From the NCBI GenBank assembly GCA_963806185.1, contig CAWDXE010000003.1, positions 64,001 to 128,000 of the forward strand: a stretch of DNA of 64,000 nt. The letters are read 5' to 3'. Below, one piece after another: positions 1-9,565 of this stretch. Numbering within the stretch: position 1 is the stretch's first letter; every line of letters starts with the position of its first letter. This DNA comes from an uncultured candidate division Zixibacteria bacterium (GTDB lineage Bacteria; Zixibacteria; MSB-5A5; GN15; FEB-12). A program made the position numbers and the translations under genes. The notes under the pieces were generated by a model. The model saw nothing but the letters and a program-made list of their open reading frames with translations. It had not been told where the DNA came from and searched no databases.

Positions 1-864
1 GATCATGTACTGTTCAAACCGGTCTGCCCGGAAGTCGAGATCGGCCTGGGCATTCCGCGCGATCCCATACGTGTTGTTCGAGTGGGAACAGAATTCAGAC
101 TCGTTCAGCCGACATCGGGCAGGGACTTGACCGAGGCTATGTCTGCGTTTAGCGCAGAATATCTCACGGCACTTTCCGACGCCGACGGTTTTGTCCTCAA
201 GAGCCGATCTCCTTCCTGCGGCGTAAAAGACGTGAAAACATATCGCGGACCGGACAATCCTAATACGACCGACGAAAAGACGTCAGGTTTCTTTGCGGCT
301 GAAGTACTCAGGCGATTTCCGCATCTCGCGATCGAAGATGAAGGCCGGTTGATGAATTTCAAGCTCCGCGAACATTGGCTCACCAAGCTGTTTCTTATGG
401 CCCGCTGGCGGCACCTGAAACAGAAGCCAACCATGAAAGCGCTCGTACGATTTCAAGCAGATAACAAACTGCTCTTCATGTCCTACAACCAGAAAGAAAT
501 GCGCCTGATGGGGAGAATCGTTGCCAATCACGAGGATAGACAGATCTCGGAAGTTATCCAGGATTATCAAGCGCACCTGGGCCATGCCCTCTCGCGACCG
601 GCACGCGCAGCTTCGCACATCAACACCCTTATGCACGCGCTGGGGTATGTCAGCGACGGATTGTCGGCGAAGGAGCGCGCCTTCTTCCTACGGTCTCTAG
701 ACCGCTTCAGGGACAGCAAGATTCCGCTCAGTGCAGTGCTCACTATTATGCACGGTTGGGCCGAGCGGTTCGACCAGCCCAATCTGCTCAACCAAACGTA
801 CTTTGAACCGTTTCCGGAGGCGTTGGTCGATGTCACCGACTCCGGCAAGGGACGGGTCGGCTGA
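1..864 (+). CDS. DUF523 (2-thiouracil desulfurase-like) + DUF1722/YbgA family protein, 5'-truncated by window edge
   Basis: Frame is open from base 1 (..PVCPEVEIGLGIPRDPIRVV), followed by KSRSPSCG and EDEGRL DUF523 motifs and a YbgA-like C-terminus (HINTLMHALGY, QTYFEPFP); sits next to a photolyase. Confidence 0.88.
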   Translation, partial: DHVLFKPVCPEVEIGLGIPRDPIRVVRVGTEFRLVQPTSGRDLTEAMSAFSAEYLTALSDADGFVLKSRSPSCGVKDVKTYRGPDNPNTTDEKTSGFFAAEVLRRFPHLAIEDEGRLMNFKLREHWLTKLFLMARWRHLKQKPTMKALVRFQADNKLLFMSYNQKEMRLMGRIVANHEDRQISEVIQDYQAHLGHALSRPARAASHINTLMHALGYVSDGLSAKERAFFLRSLDRFRDSKIPLSAVLTIMHGWAERFDQPNLLNQTYFEPFPEALVDVTDSGKGRVG

Positions 865-900
865 TTCCACCTCACTGCAGAAACACGCGAAGAGCAGACC

Positions 901-2265
901 ATGATCCACCCTTCCCGCATTCAACGACTAAACGAGAAACCTGCGCGCGACGGAAGATACATTCTCTACTGGATGCAAGCCTCCCAACGCGCCGAGTGCA
1001 ACCATGCGCTGGAATACGCCGTTGCCGAAGCAAATCGACTGGGTCGGCCGCTGGTCGTGTATTTCGGCCTCACTGATGGATATCCCGGTGCCGCCATCCG
1101 TCACTACGCGTTTATGCTCGAGGGATTGCGCGAGGTTGCTCAGAGGCTGGCCAAGCGTGGCATCCGCTTTGTCCTTCGACGTGAGTCACCTGAACGGGGA
1201 ATTGTCAAGATGGCCGATGACGCCGCACTGGTGGTCACCGACCGAGGCTACACACGAATCCAGCGTCAATGGCGGCAGGCCGCTGCGAAGGGACTTGCTT
1301 GTCCGCTGGTGCAGGTAGAATCCGACGTTGTCGCGCCGGTCGAGACTGTGTCGAACAAGGAGGAGTTCGCCGCGCGGACGATCCGTCCGAAGATTCACCG
1401 CCATCTGCAGGATTATCTCGTGCCGCTCAAGACCGTGAAGGCAGCGCAGGAATCAGTCTCGCTGGATATCCGGGACGAGAGTCTGGATGACATCGCGCCA
1501 CTTCTCGCTCATCTCAAGATCGATAGATCCGTGCCGGCGGTTACCTGGATGAAGGGTGGAGCTTCTGAAGCGAGGAGGCGATTGAAGCAGTTCCTCGCAA
1601 AGAAACTGAGTTCATATGACTCGCACCGCAATGATCCCACTGTCGACGGCACGTCGCACCTCTCACCCTATCTTCATTTCGGGCAGATTTCGCCACTCCA
1701 GATCGCGCTTGAAGTCCTCGACAGCGACGGTGATCAGGAGGGACCATTTCTTGAGGAGCTGATCATTCGCCGCGAGCTGGCCATGAACTACTGCCAGTAT
1801 AACGCCGACTACGACAGCTATGCTGCTCTCCCTGATTGGTGCCTGAAGACACTTGCGAAACATAGAGCCGACCGACGTCCATATACATATTCGCGCGAAC
1901 AACTGGAGCACGCTGAGACACACGACCCGTATTGGAACGCTGCACAGCTTGAGATGGTCCACCTCGGCAAGATGCACAATTATATGAGAATGTACTGGGG
2001 TAAGAAGATTCTGGAGTGGACCGCCGATCCGGCCGAGGCCTTTGCTACCGCCGTCTATCTGAACGACAAGTATGAGCTGGACGGCCGTGACCCGAACGGC
2101 TACGCCGGCGTCGCCTGGTGTTTCGGCAAGCACGACCGCCCGTGGATCGAGCGCCCGATCTTCGGACAAGTCCGCTACATGAACGACCAGGGGCTGAAAC
2201 GGAAATTTGACGCCGACCTATATGTGCAAAAGGTGAACAAAGCGATAACTTCCGGCCGCCTCTGA
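901..2265 (+). CDS. phrB: Class II CPD deoxyribodipyrimidine photolyase
   Basis: YWMQASQRAECNHAL, SHLSPYLHFGQIS, KMHNYMRMYWGKKILEW, YELDGRDPNGY, HDRPW motifs. Confidence 0.95.
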   Translation: MIHPSRIQRLNEKPARDGRYILYWMQASQRAECNHALEYAVAEANRLGRPLVVYFGLTDGYPGAAIRHYAFMLEGLREVAQRLAKRGIRFVLRRESPERGIVKMADDAALVVTDRGYTRIQRQWRQAAAKGLACPLVQVESDVVAPVETVSNKEEFAARTIRPKIHRHLQDYLVPLKTVKAAQESVSLDIRDESLDDIAPLLAHLKIDRSVPAVTWMKGGASEARRRLKQFLAKKLSSYDSHRNDPTVDGTSHLSPYLHFGQISPLQIALEVLDSDGDQEGPFLEELIIRRELAMNYCQYNADYDSYAALPDWCLKTLAKHRADRRPYTYSREQLEHAETHDPYWNAAQLEMVHLGKMHNYMRMYWGKKILEWTADPAEAFATAVYLNDKYELDGRDPNGYAGVAWCFGKHDRPWIERPIFGQVRYMNDQGLKRKFDADLYVQKVNKAITSGRL

Positions 2266-2321
2266 GTCCACGCCGTCGTATTCTTTCAACTCGTTCCCCA
2301 TCGCCGCCGATACAATCAGGA

Positions 2322-2894
2322 ATGAAGCAATTTTTCCTGCTCCTCGTTGTCGGCTGCCTGCTGACCTCGGTCGCGCGAGCGTCCGACCCGACTCAAATTC
2401 TCGACTCGAACACCGCCTTCTACGAAGGTGAGTCGTACAATTACCTTCTGCACAACCCGAACGGGTTCACGATGAATTCGGACGAGGCTGTTCGCGAGGG
2501 GTATTCCTTTGCGTTTGTGCCCCAGGGCCAGCTCTATCGCAAGGCCGACGTGCTCATTGGCGTGCACATTTACAAAATCCGCGGCATTTCGTTTGAAACC
2601 GCTCTCCTGCAGGACACGCTGAACATGCGCCAACAGTTCGGGAAGCGCCTTCAGATCAATCCGGTCACGTCGCTCCGAACCGGCAACGGCTGGGCGCTGA
2701 CTGGGATATATACCGACATGGCCAAGCGGTTCTTTCCGCAGGTGATGACCGCCTATTGCAACGGCGGCACTGAGATGATCATTCTTGAACTGGTGATTTC
2801 TCCGGACGCGGTTCGCCCGAAGGCAGAAGAGAAATTCATGGAGTGCCTGCAGGGATTCAAGGTCATGCAGCGGAAAGAGCTGTCCAAGCGGTAA
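2322..2894 (+). CDS. Secreted hypothetical protein
   Basis: Signal peptide MKQFFLLLVVGCLLTSVARA; TACAAT box at 2311-2316. Confidence 0.7.
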   Translation: MKQFFLLLVVGCLLTSVARASDPTQILDSNTAFYEGESYNYLLHNPNGFTMNSDEAVREGYSFAFVPQGQLYRKADVLIGVHIYKIRGISFETALLQDTLNMRQQFGKRLQINPVTSLRTGNGWALTGIYTDMAKRFFPQVMTAYCNGGTEMIILELVISPDAVRPKAEEKFMECLQGFKVMQRKELSKR

Positions 2895-2898
2895 CGGC

Positions 2899-4026
2899 CT
2901 ACTTCAACGCCTCCAGCCATTTCGCCTTAATCAACGCGTGATCGGCAAACACCAGCGCTCGCTCGACGACGTCGGCATTCATGTATTTCTGACGGTTAGT
3001 CTTGATCTCAATTATTGCATCGGCGACTGCCCTGGCCTGCTCCTCCGGTGAGCCGGACAATTCTACCGCCAATCCACCACCCGTACGCCGGACAATTTCG
3101 TGTCCGCCATCGTGAGCCCGGCAGATCACCGGGCAACCGCACAGGATCGCTTCGAGATACACCATGCCGAATCCCTCGTCCTCGCTGGGGAGCACAAAGA
3201 TGTCGGATTGGCGATACAACGGGACAAGGTCTTTCACAAATGTTTCGATCTTCACTTCCTGGGGCTTCATCGCCAGAATCTTATCGTAATCCGAACCCTT
3301 GCCGACAATCGTCCACGAAAGATCGTACTTCTCGCGCAGGAGCCTTGCGCCAAGCACCGAAATGTCCATTCGCTTGCGCGGCGTTATTGACCCTACTGTC
3401 ACGACCTTCAACGGAGTTCTCGCCCCTCTTGTCCCCTCTCCCTCCGGGAGAGGGCCAGGGTGAGGGCTCGTAAGACGTGTCTTCGACTCCGTTGTCCCCT
3501 CTCCCTCCGGGAGAGGGCCAGGGTGAGGGCTCGTAAGTCTGGTCTGCGATTCCTTGCCGGCTTCAATAAAAACCCGCTCCACCGGCAAGTAGCACAGATG
3601 CTCTTTGTCGATGAACTGATTTTTGTAAATCTCGTCGAACGTCCGCTTCGGTTTCTCTCCGATGAATATCAGCGTGTCCGCTTTGGCGATAACCGGCTTC
3701 ATCATCGAGCGCAGAATGCCCGAGCGCTCGACCATGTAGATATCGATACCAACGCAGACCATCCAGTACCTTCGACCGGTGAGATAGGCGATGATCCCCG
3801 CGGGGTACATCCAAAAGGCCAGGATAGGACCTTTGGTTCGAATTACTCTCCACCAGGTCACGGCAAAATAGGCGATCAGTCCGAGTATGCCGCGGCTGAA
3901 GCCACGTTCGCCGACCACTTGGTGTTCGACACCGGTGAGCGTGAGCATGTCGGCAATGAATTTCCCGGACGGATCCTTGTCGTGCTTGGGGAAATTATGC
4001 GTCAGTACGATCATAAGTCGCTTCAT
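2899..4026 (-). CDS. Glycosyltransferase family 4 (GT-B) with an in-frame repeat insertion
   Basis: VGSITPRK, DIFVLPSEDEGFGMVYLEAILCGCPVI; start taken at MKRLMIVLTHNFP. Confidence 0.88.
   Translation of the reverse strand: MKRLMIVLTHNFPKHDKDPSGKFIADMLTLTGVEHQVVGERGFSRGILGLIAYFAVTWWRVIRTKGPILAFWMYPAGIIAYLTGRRYWMVCVGIDIYMVERSGILRSMMKPVIAKADTLIFIGEKPKRTFDEIYKNQFIDKEHLCYLPVERVFIEAGKESQTRLTSPHPGPLPEGEGTTESKTRLTSPHPGPLPEGEGTRGARTPLKVVTVGSITPRKRMDISVLGARLLREKYDLSWTIVGKGSDYDKILAMKPQEVKIETFVKDLVPLYRQSDIFVLPSEDEGFGMVYLEAILCGCPVICRAHDGGHEIVRRTGGGLAVELSGSPEEQARAVADAIIEIKTNRQKYMNADVVERALVFADHALIKAKWLEALK
3429..3537. repeat. Two identical 46-bp BoxC-like palindromic units, 63-bp period, inside the GT4 gene
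   Basis: ttgtcccctctccctccgggagagggccagggtgagggctcgtaag at 3429-3474 and 3492-3537; hairpin ccctctccc-tcc-gggagaggg. Confidence 0.92.
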
Positions 4027-4177
4027 AGATCGCGAAGCCAAACAGCGCGATCATCAGGATAAACCAAATCCAGAGGGTGAATGCTTCAGACATGGCTGAT
4101 CTATCGATCCTTTCTGCTATCGCTCATGCAACAAATCTCCCCTTGGCACAAATTAGCACTCGAAGGGTTTGACCACA

Positions 4178-4214
4178 AGAAAAAGAGCCGCCCGACAGCG
4201 AAGCCGGACGGCTC
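4178..4214 (-). terminator. Rho-independent terminator
   Basis: gagccgcccg...cggacggctc stem followed by a T-run on the minus strand, downstream of 4238..4717. Confidence 0.65.
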
Positions 4215-4237
4215 GAAAGAACCTGTACGTTTTGTGC

Positions 4238-4717
4238 TTACTGACCCTTATTGGCCGGCGGCGCAGCCATCTTGGCCATCTCAGCCACCGTTTTTGCCGA
4301 GAAGGCGTGGATCTTTTTCACTTGTTCCGGGTCTTTGGAACGGAGCACCATGACACTGCCGGTCTCGCCATCGAACGATTCAGGAATAACTCCGGCGGCC
4401 ATGAACCCGCCGACCGCCGTGCAGAATCCGTCGAGCGGGACCTGCTTGCCGGCCTGCAAATCGACAATGACCTTGGCCATTCCTTCCTGCGCCCGTTTAT
4501 AGGCCGCGCGGAATTCTTTGTCCACGTGGCAAACTGCCACCATACCGTCCGGCACATCGATGTAATCGCTGTGAGTGTGTTCCCAGAGCCCCGGCTCCTT
4601 GGCGAAATTGCTGCAAATGGCGCACCCTTTCGGATCAAACCATGGTTTTTCCTGCGCGATCGCAACGACCGCGAACAGCAGCACACATACGATCACTGTT
4701 GCCTGGATCTTCTTCAT
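4238..4717 (-). CDS. Secreted Cys-containing hypothetical protein
   Basis: GGAGG RBS, signal peptide ending AIA, CxxC (CAIC), downstream terminator. Confidence 0.8.
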   Translation of the reverse strand: MKKIQATVIVCVLLFAVVAIAQEKPWFDPKGCAICSNFAKEPGLWEHTHSDYIDVPDGMVAVCHVDKEFRAAYKRAQEGMAKVIVDLQAGKQVPLDGFCTAVGGFMAAGVIPESFDGETGSVMVLRSKDPEQVKKIHAFSAKTVAEMAKMAAPPANKGQ

Positions 4718-4813
4718 ATTATCCTCCGTGAATTATGGTCCAATGTGATCCAATATAGAATCCGTGGGCTAAAGGAGCAATATGAAAATAACATCTCATC
4801 GGCCGAGATGCGA

Positions 4814-7460
4814 TCACTCTTTTGCGGGCTGTTTCACGCCGTCGTCGGCCGGTTTCGACTCCGTTTCAGCCACCGAGAGCTGCAGTTCACCGTCGGAGAC
4901 GTCGACTCGCACCGTCTGGCCGGAGTGCAGCTTGCCGCCCAGCACAAGTCGAGCTATTTGCTGGCCCAATTCTTTGTTAATCAACCGCTTAATCGGACGA
5001 GCCCCGAACGTCTGGTCGTATCCCGACTCGGCAATCTGGTTCACCGCTGAGTCGGTCACATCGAGCGTGATGTCCTTGTCGGTCAGCAATTGAGCCAGCC
5101 GGTTGAGCTGAAGACGAACAATCTGGCGGATTTCGTCTTTCGACAGCGCCGCAAATACAATTGTCTCGTCAATCCGATTTAAGAATTCCGGACGCAGAGT
5201 CTGGCGCAGCGTCGCGAGGACGTTCGTTCGCATGCTCTCATACACGGACTCGCGATTGCGATCGCTCATCCCCTTCGATTCGTTCTGGATGTACTCAGAG
5301 GCTATATTCGAAGTCATGATCACGATTGTGTTCTTGAACGATACTGTCCGCCCCTGATTGTCGGTCAGCCGACCATCATCGAGCACCTGCAGCAAAACGT
5401 TGAACACGTCATGATGGGCCTTCTCGATTTCATCGAGCAGGACTACTGCATAGGGACGGCGGCGGACCGCTTCGGTAAGCTGGCCGCCCTCGTCATAGCC
5501 GACATACCCCGGCGGCGCGCCAATCAGCCGCGACACCGAGTGCTTCTCCATGTACTCCGACATGTCGATCCGGATGATTGCTTCTTCGGTGCCGTACATG
5601 AATTCCGCGAGCGCTCGCGCCAGTTCGGTCTTGCCGACACCGGTGGGACCGAGGAAAATGAACGACCCGATCGGCTTATTCGGATCTGACAGGCCGGCCC
5701 GTGACTGGCGGACGGCATCGGACACCGCGCTGACCGCCATATCCTGTCCGATGACCCGATGGTGCAGTTGTTCTTCAAGATGCAGCAGCCGCTGCGACTC
5801 CGATTCGGTCAACCGGGTGACCGGTATGTGCGTCCATTTCGAGACGATCTCGGCGATGTCTTCCTCGTCGACCACTTCCTTGAGCAGGGCGCGCGTCGCC
5901 TGAATCGACTGCAATGAATGGGTCAGGAACTGGAGCTTCTTCTCAGCCTCGACGATGTCGCCGTATTTCAACTTGGCGGCCAATCCGAAATCGGCCGCCC
6001 GCTCAGCATCGGCAGCCTTACGTCGCAGATTTTCGATTTCCGACTTGGTCTGACGGATCGAGTCGACCGTCGCCTTTTCCTTCTCGTACTGCGTGCGAAG
6101 ATCATCGCGCTGAGCGTACAGTTCGGACAACTCTTCCTCAATTGGCCTGAGCCGCTCGGCGGCATCCGGCTCGCGCTTGACCCCTTCTTTTTCGATTTCC
6201 AGCTGTCGAATTCGCTTCTCGACCGAATCGAGTTCCTCGGGCATCGAGTCAATCGAAATGCGCAGCTCCGCCGCGGCCTCGTCGACCAGGTCAATCGCCT
6301 TGTCCGGCAGGAACCGGTCGGAGATATAGCGATCTGACAATTTCGCCGCCGCCACGATGGCACCGTCAGAAATCTTGATCCCGTGGTACACCTCGTATTT
6401 TTCGCGAAGTCCGCGCAGAATGGAAATCGTGTCCTCAACCGACGGCGGCTCGATCAGGACCGGGGCAAAGCGGCGTTCGAGCGCGGCATCCTTTTCGATA
6501 TGTTTGCGGTATTCATCGAGCGTGGTCGCGCCGATGAAACGAATTTCACCTCGCGCGAGGGCCGGCTTGAGCATATTCGAGGCGTCCATCGACCCCTCGG
6601 CGGCGCCGGCGCCGACAATCGTGTGCATTTCATCAATAAACAGAATGATGCCGCCGGCCGATGCTTCCACTTCCTTCAGGATCGCTTTCAGACGTTCCTC
6701 AAATTCGCCTCGGAATTTTGAGCCGGCGATGAGCGCGCCCAGATCGAGACTGACGAGCTGACGGTTCTTGAGCGTCTCCGGCACCTCACCGTTGGATATC
6801 TTCTGCGCCAGTCCTTCGACCACGGCAGTCTTCCCCGTGCCCGGTTCACCGATGAGCACCGGGTTGTTCTTGGTGCGACGCGAGAGAATCTTGATGATGC
6901 GGCGGATTTCGTCTTCGCGGCCGATGACCGGATCGAGCTTGCCGTCGCGCGCCGCTTTGGTCAGATCGCGCGAGTACTTCTCCAGTACGGCATATTTCGC
7001 TTCCGGGTTTTCGTCGGTCACCCGCTGGTTGCCGCGAATGGAGGTCAGCGCTTTGAGCAGGTCAGTCGCGCTTGACGCCGTTGGCTTTCAGAATTTCCTG
7101 CGCTTTCGAGCGGATTTCAAGTGTCGCCAACAGCAGATGCTCGACCGAGACGTATTCATCGCCGAACTGCTTGAGTTCCGCCTCGGCCTTGTAGAGAATC
7201 TGCTGGAATTCGTTTGACGGATAGACCTGCCCCCCTTGCTGGTGGGGGAGCATCTTGAGCGCGTCGTCGAGTTCGCGCTGGATGGCACCCGTATCGACAC
7301 CCAGTTTCTTGAGTACCTGCGGAATTAGTCCTTCTTCCTGTTGCAGCAGAGCGGCGAGCAGGTGTTCGGGCGTGATTTGCGGATGTTCCTCCGATTGCGC
7401 CATCTGCTGGGCATATGAGACAGCGTCAATTGATCTTTGCGTGAATTTATTGAAGTTCAT
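4814..7460 (-). CDS. clpB: ATP-dependent chaperone ClpB, interrupted by a 1-nt frameshift near 7064
   Basis: Clp-N domain in 7062..7460; two AAA+ modules ([16 protein letters not shown]) and a coiled-coil middle domain in 4814..7021; removing one base at ~7064 restores ..[24 protein letters not shown]. Confidence 0.95.
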
Positions 7461-7485
7461 ATTTCTTACCTTCCATCTCCAGTGT

Positions 7486-7803
7486 CTGGCGTACGTCTCG
7501 TGCGCCAGTCAACCCTACCGGCCAATCATTCTCGTCTTCCTGAACCTTTTCTTAAAGGTTCAGGATCTCAGTGTCCACCAGACCCGCGTCCGCGTCATCG
7601 CGAGGCTCTCCCCCATCTATGGTCATCGCGAGGCTCGCTTCGAGCCGTGGCGATCTTCCAGTTCATCTTACCCGACGGGCTTCGACTCCGCTCAGCCCGA
7701 CGAATCCGGATCCCGCATTATTGTGGCTGGCGTACGTCCCGTGCGCCAGCCGACCTGTCGGGTTTCTCCGTGCACCTTCGGTGCACTCCGGAACCCGACC
7801 TAC
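7486..7803. repeat. Mosaic cluster of REP-like palindromes between dnaJ and clpB
   Basis: Hairpins at 7486-7508, 7534-7580, 7622-7656, 7676-7699, 7725-7751 and 7757-7803; 7533-7669 is repeated at 8751-8888. Confidence 0.85.
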
Positions 7804-7807
7804 TTTT

Positions 7808-8719
7808 CTACCCCCCCCACTCCTCCATCATCTTCTTCTGCTTCTCGGTCAAGGTCGTAGGAATTCGCACCTTCACCTCTACATACAAATCACCCGTGCC
7901 ATTGGTCGTCTTCAGACCCTGACCTTTCAAGCGCAATTGCGCGCCCGGCTGCGTGCCGGCGGGTATTGTCAGCGTGACACTCTTATCAAGCGTGTGCACC
8001 TGTGCCTTACCGCCAAGGATCGCCACGGTGAAGGGGACTTCTACCGACGCATACACGTCGTTTCCCTTGCGCGAGAAATGCGGGTCGGGCATCACGTGCA
8101 CGGTCAGCAGCAGATCGCCCGCGGGACTGTTGCCGCGAGCGGGCTGGCCCTGGCCGTTCAGACGCAACTGCGCGCCATCCTCGATCCCAATCGGAATCTT
8201 CACATTCAGCTTTTTGCCGCCCTGAAATTCGATCACGCGTGAACTTCCGTGCGCCATTTCCATGAAAGAGACCGTAAGTTCGGCCTGAAGATCCGCCCCT
8301 TTGCGCAGGCGTTGCTGCGGCTGTCCAAAGCCATCTTCGAATGATTCGCCCCGGCCGCCGAATAGACCGGACAGTATGTCGCCGATATCTTCCGCCCCGC
8401 CCCGATGCCCCTGGCCGCCGGTGCGACGGCCGAACAGGTCCTCAAAGTTGCCCTTCCATTCGTAGGTGTGCGGATCGCCGTGTCCGGAGCCGCCGGAGAA
8501 GGCGCCGTACTTGCGCATGTTGTCGTATTCCTGGCGTTTGGCCGGATCGGAAAGGGTCTCGTATGCTTCGGAGAGTTCCTTGAATTTCGCTTCGGCGGCC
8601 TTGTTACCGGGATTGCGGTCCGGGTGATACTTCTTGGCCATCGAACGAAACTTGTTTTTGATTTCATCCTGCGTGGCGGTTTCGGCCACGCCCAATGCCT
8701 GGTAATAATCAGTGGCCAT
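7808..8719 (-). CDS. DnaJ/CbpA-type J-domain co-chaperone (no Zn finger)
   Basis: DYYQALGV, KKYHPDRN (HPD), G/F-rich linker, DnaJ C-terminal domain; AGGAGG RBS. Confidence 0.93.
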   Translation of the reverse strand: MATDYYQALGVAETATQDEIKNKFRSMAKKYHPDRNPGNKAAEAKFKELSEAYETLSDPAKRQEYDNMRKYGAFSGGSGHGDPHTYEWKGNFEDLFGRRTGGQGHRGGAEDIGDILSGLFGGRGESFEDGFGQPQQRLRKGADLQAELTVSFMEMAHGSSRVIEFQGGKKLNVKIPIGIEDGAQLRLNGQGQPARGNSPAGDLLLTVHVMPDPHFSRKGNDVYASVEVPFTVAILGGKAQVHTLDKSVTLTIPAGTQPGAQLRLKGQGLKTTNGTGDLYVEVKVRIPTTLTEKQKKMMEEWGG

Positions 8720-8750
8720 GTAAGTATCACCTCCTTTCAGATTCCCACGT

Positions 8751-8922
8751 CGTCATCCTGAACCATTTCCTAATGGTTCAGGACCTCAGTGTTCACCAAA
8801 CCCGCATGCGTGTCATCGCGAGGCTCGCCCACCACATATTGTCATCGCGAGGCTCGCTTCGAGCCGTGGCGATCTTTCAGTTCATCTTTCCCTGTGTCAG
8901 GGGCAAAAGGCCCCTGACCTAC
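8751..8922. repeat. Second REP-like mosaic cluster, between hsp20 and dnaJ
   Basis: Direct repeat of 7533-7669 plus a GTAG-tagged hairpin at 8896-8922. Confidence 0.85.
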
Positions 8923-8972
8923 GTCTTGTTATGCTTCTCTATAATACTCTAACCACCTCGACGCAAACCCCG

Positions 8973-9006
8973 AAAAAAAAGGCTGGTCGCGCCTCCGACC
9001 AGCCTT
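8973..9006 (-). terminator. Terminator after hsp20
   Basis: ggctggtcg-cgcctc-cgaccagcc stem followed by T8 on the minus strand. Confidence 0.85.
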
Positions 9007-9044
9007 CCACAGTGAACTATCAGGAATCAGGTGTGTCACGTCGC

Positions 9045-9482
9045 TTACGAGACCTTTACTTCGATCTCCTTCGGCTTGGCTTCCTCGCGCTTCTCGAGTC
9101 GGATTTCGAGCAGACCGTTGCGGTAGTCGGCCGAGATCTTCGAATCGTTGATATTCTCCGGCAGCGTGAAGCTGCGGGTGAACGATCCAGTGTGGATTTC
9201 GGACCGGACATACTGCTCGTCCTTTTCCTCGCTCTTCCATTCGCGCTGGCCCGAGACAGTCAACAGGTTGTCCTTCACCGAGACTTTGATGTCTTCCTTG
9301 TTCATGCCCGGGAGTTCGAACGTCAGGGACACGCTGTCCTTGGTGTCCTTGATATTTACCCGCGGGACGAAGTCGGTGTCGACATCGGTGCGTACGCTCG
9401 GGGCCGCAAAGAAATCGTCAAAGAAACGGTCAACCTCCCGCGAGAAACCGTGGCGGCTGGGTCGAATCATCAGGTTCATCAT
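9045..9482 (-). CDS. Hsp20/alpha-crystallin small heat-shock protein
   Basis: FVPRVNI, ELPGMNKEDI, GSFTRSFTLP, ADYRNGLLEI, IEV tail; AGGAGG RBS before ATG at 9482. Confidence 0.95.
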   Translation of the reverse strand: MMNLMIRPSRHGFSREVDRFFDDFFAAPSVRTDVDTDFVPRVNIKDTKDSVSLTFELPGMNKEDIKVSVKDNLLTVSGQREWKSEEKDEQYVRSEIHTGSFTRSFTLPENINDSKISADYRNGLLEIRLEKREEAKPKEIEVKVS

Positions 9483-9548
9483 GGCATGTCCTCCTATACG
9501 TATTTGTTGTTTGCGGTTTCGCATCTTCTGTCTTTCAGTCGAGTATAT

Positions 9549-9565
9549 ATCAACCGGCATGCCAA
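9549..9565 (-). promoter_or_regulatory. Putative sigma54 -24/-12 promoter of hsp20
   Basis: TTGGCATGCCGGTTGAT (GG-N10-GA variant of TGGCACG-N4-TTGC). Confidence 0.55.

Noticed and set aside
4153..4179. TTAGCACTC, a CIRCE half-site
   Set aside because: The second arm (GAGTGCTAA) is missing and the site is not upstream of a chaperone gene
7486..8922. Repeat clusters as a CRISPR array
   Set aside because: No constant repeat with regular unique spacers, and no cas genes
9530..9556. Possible HspR HAIR operator upstream of hsp20
   Set aside because: Poor match and wrong spacing relative to CTTGAGT-N7-ACTCAAG
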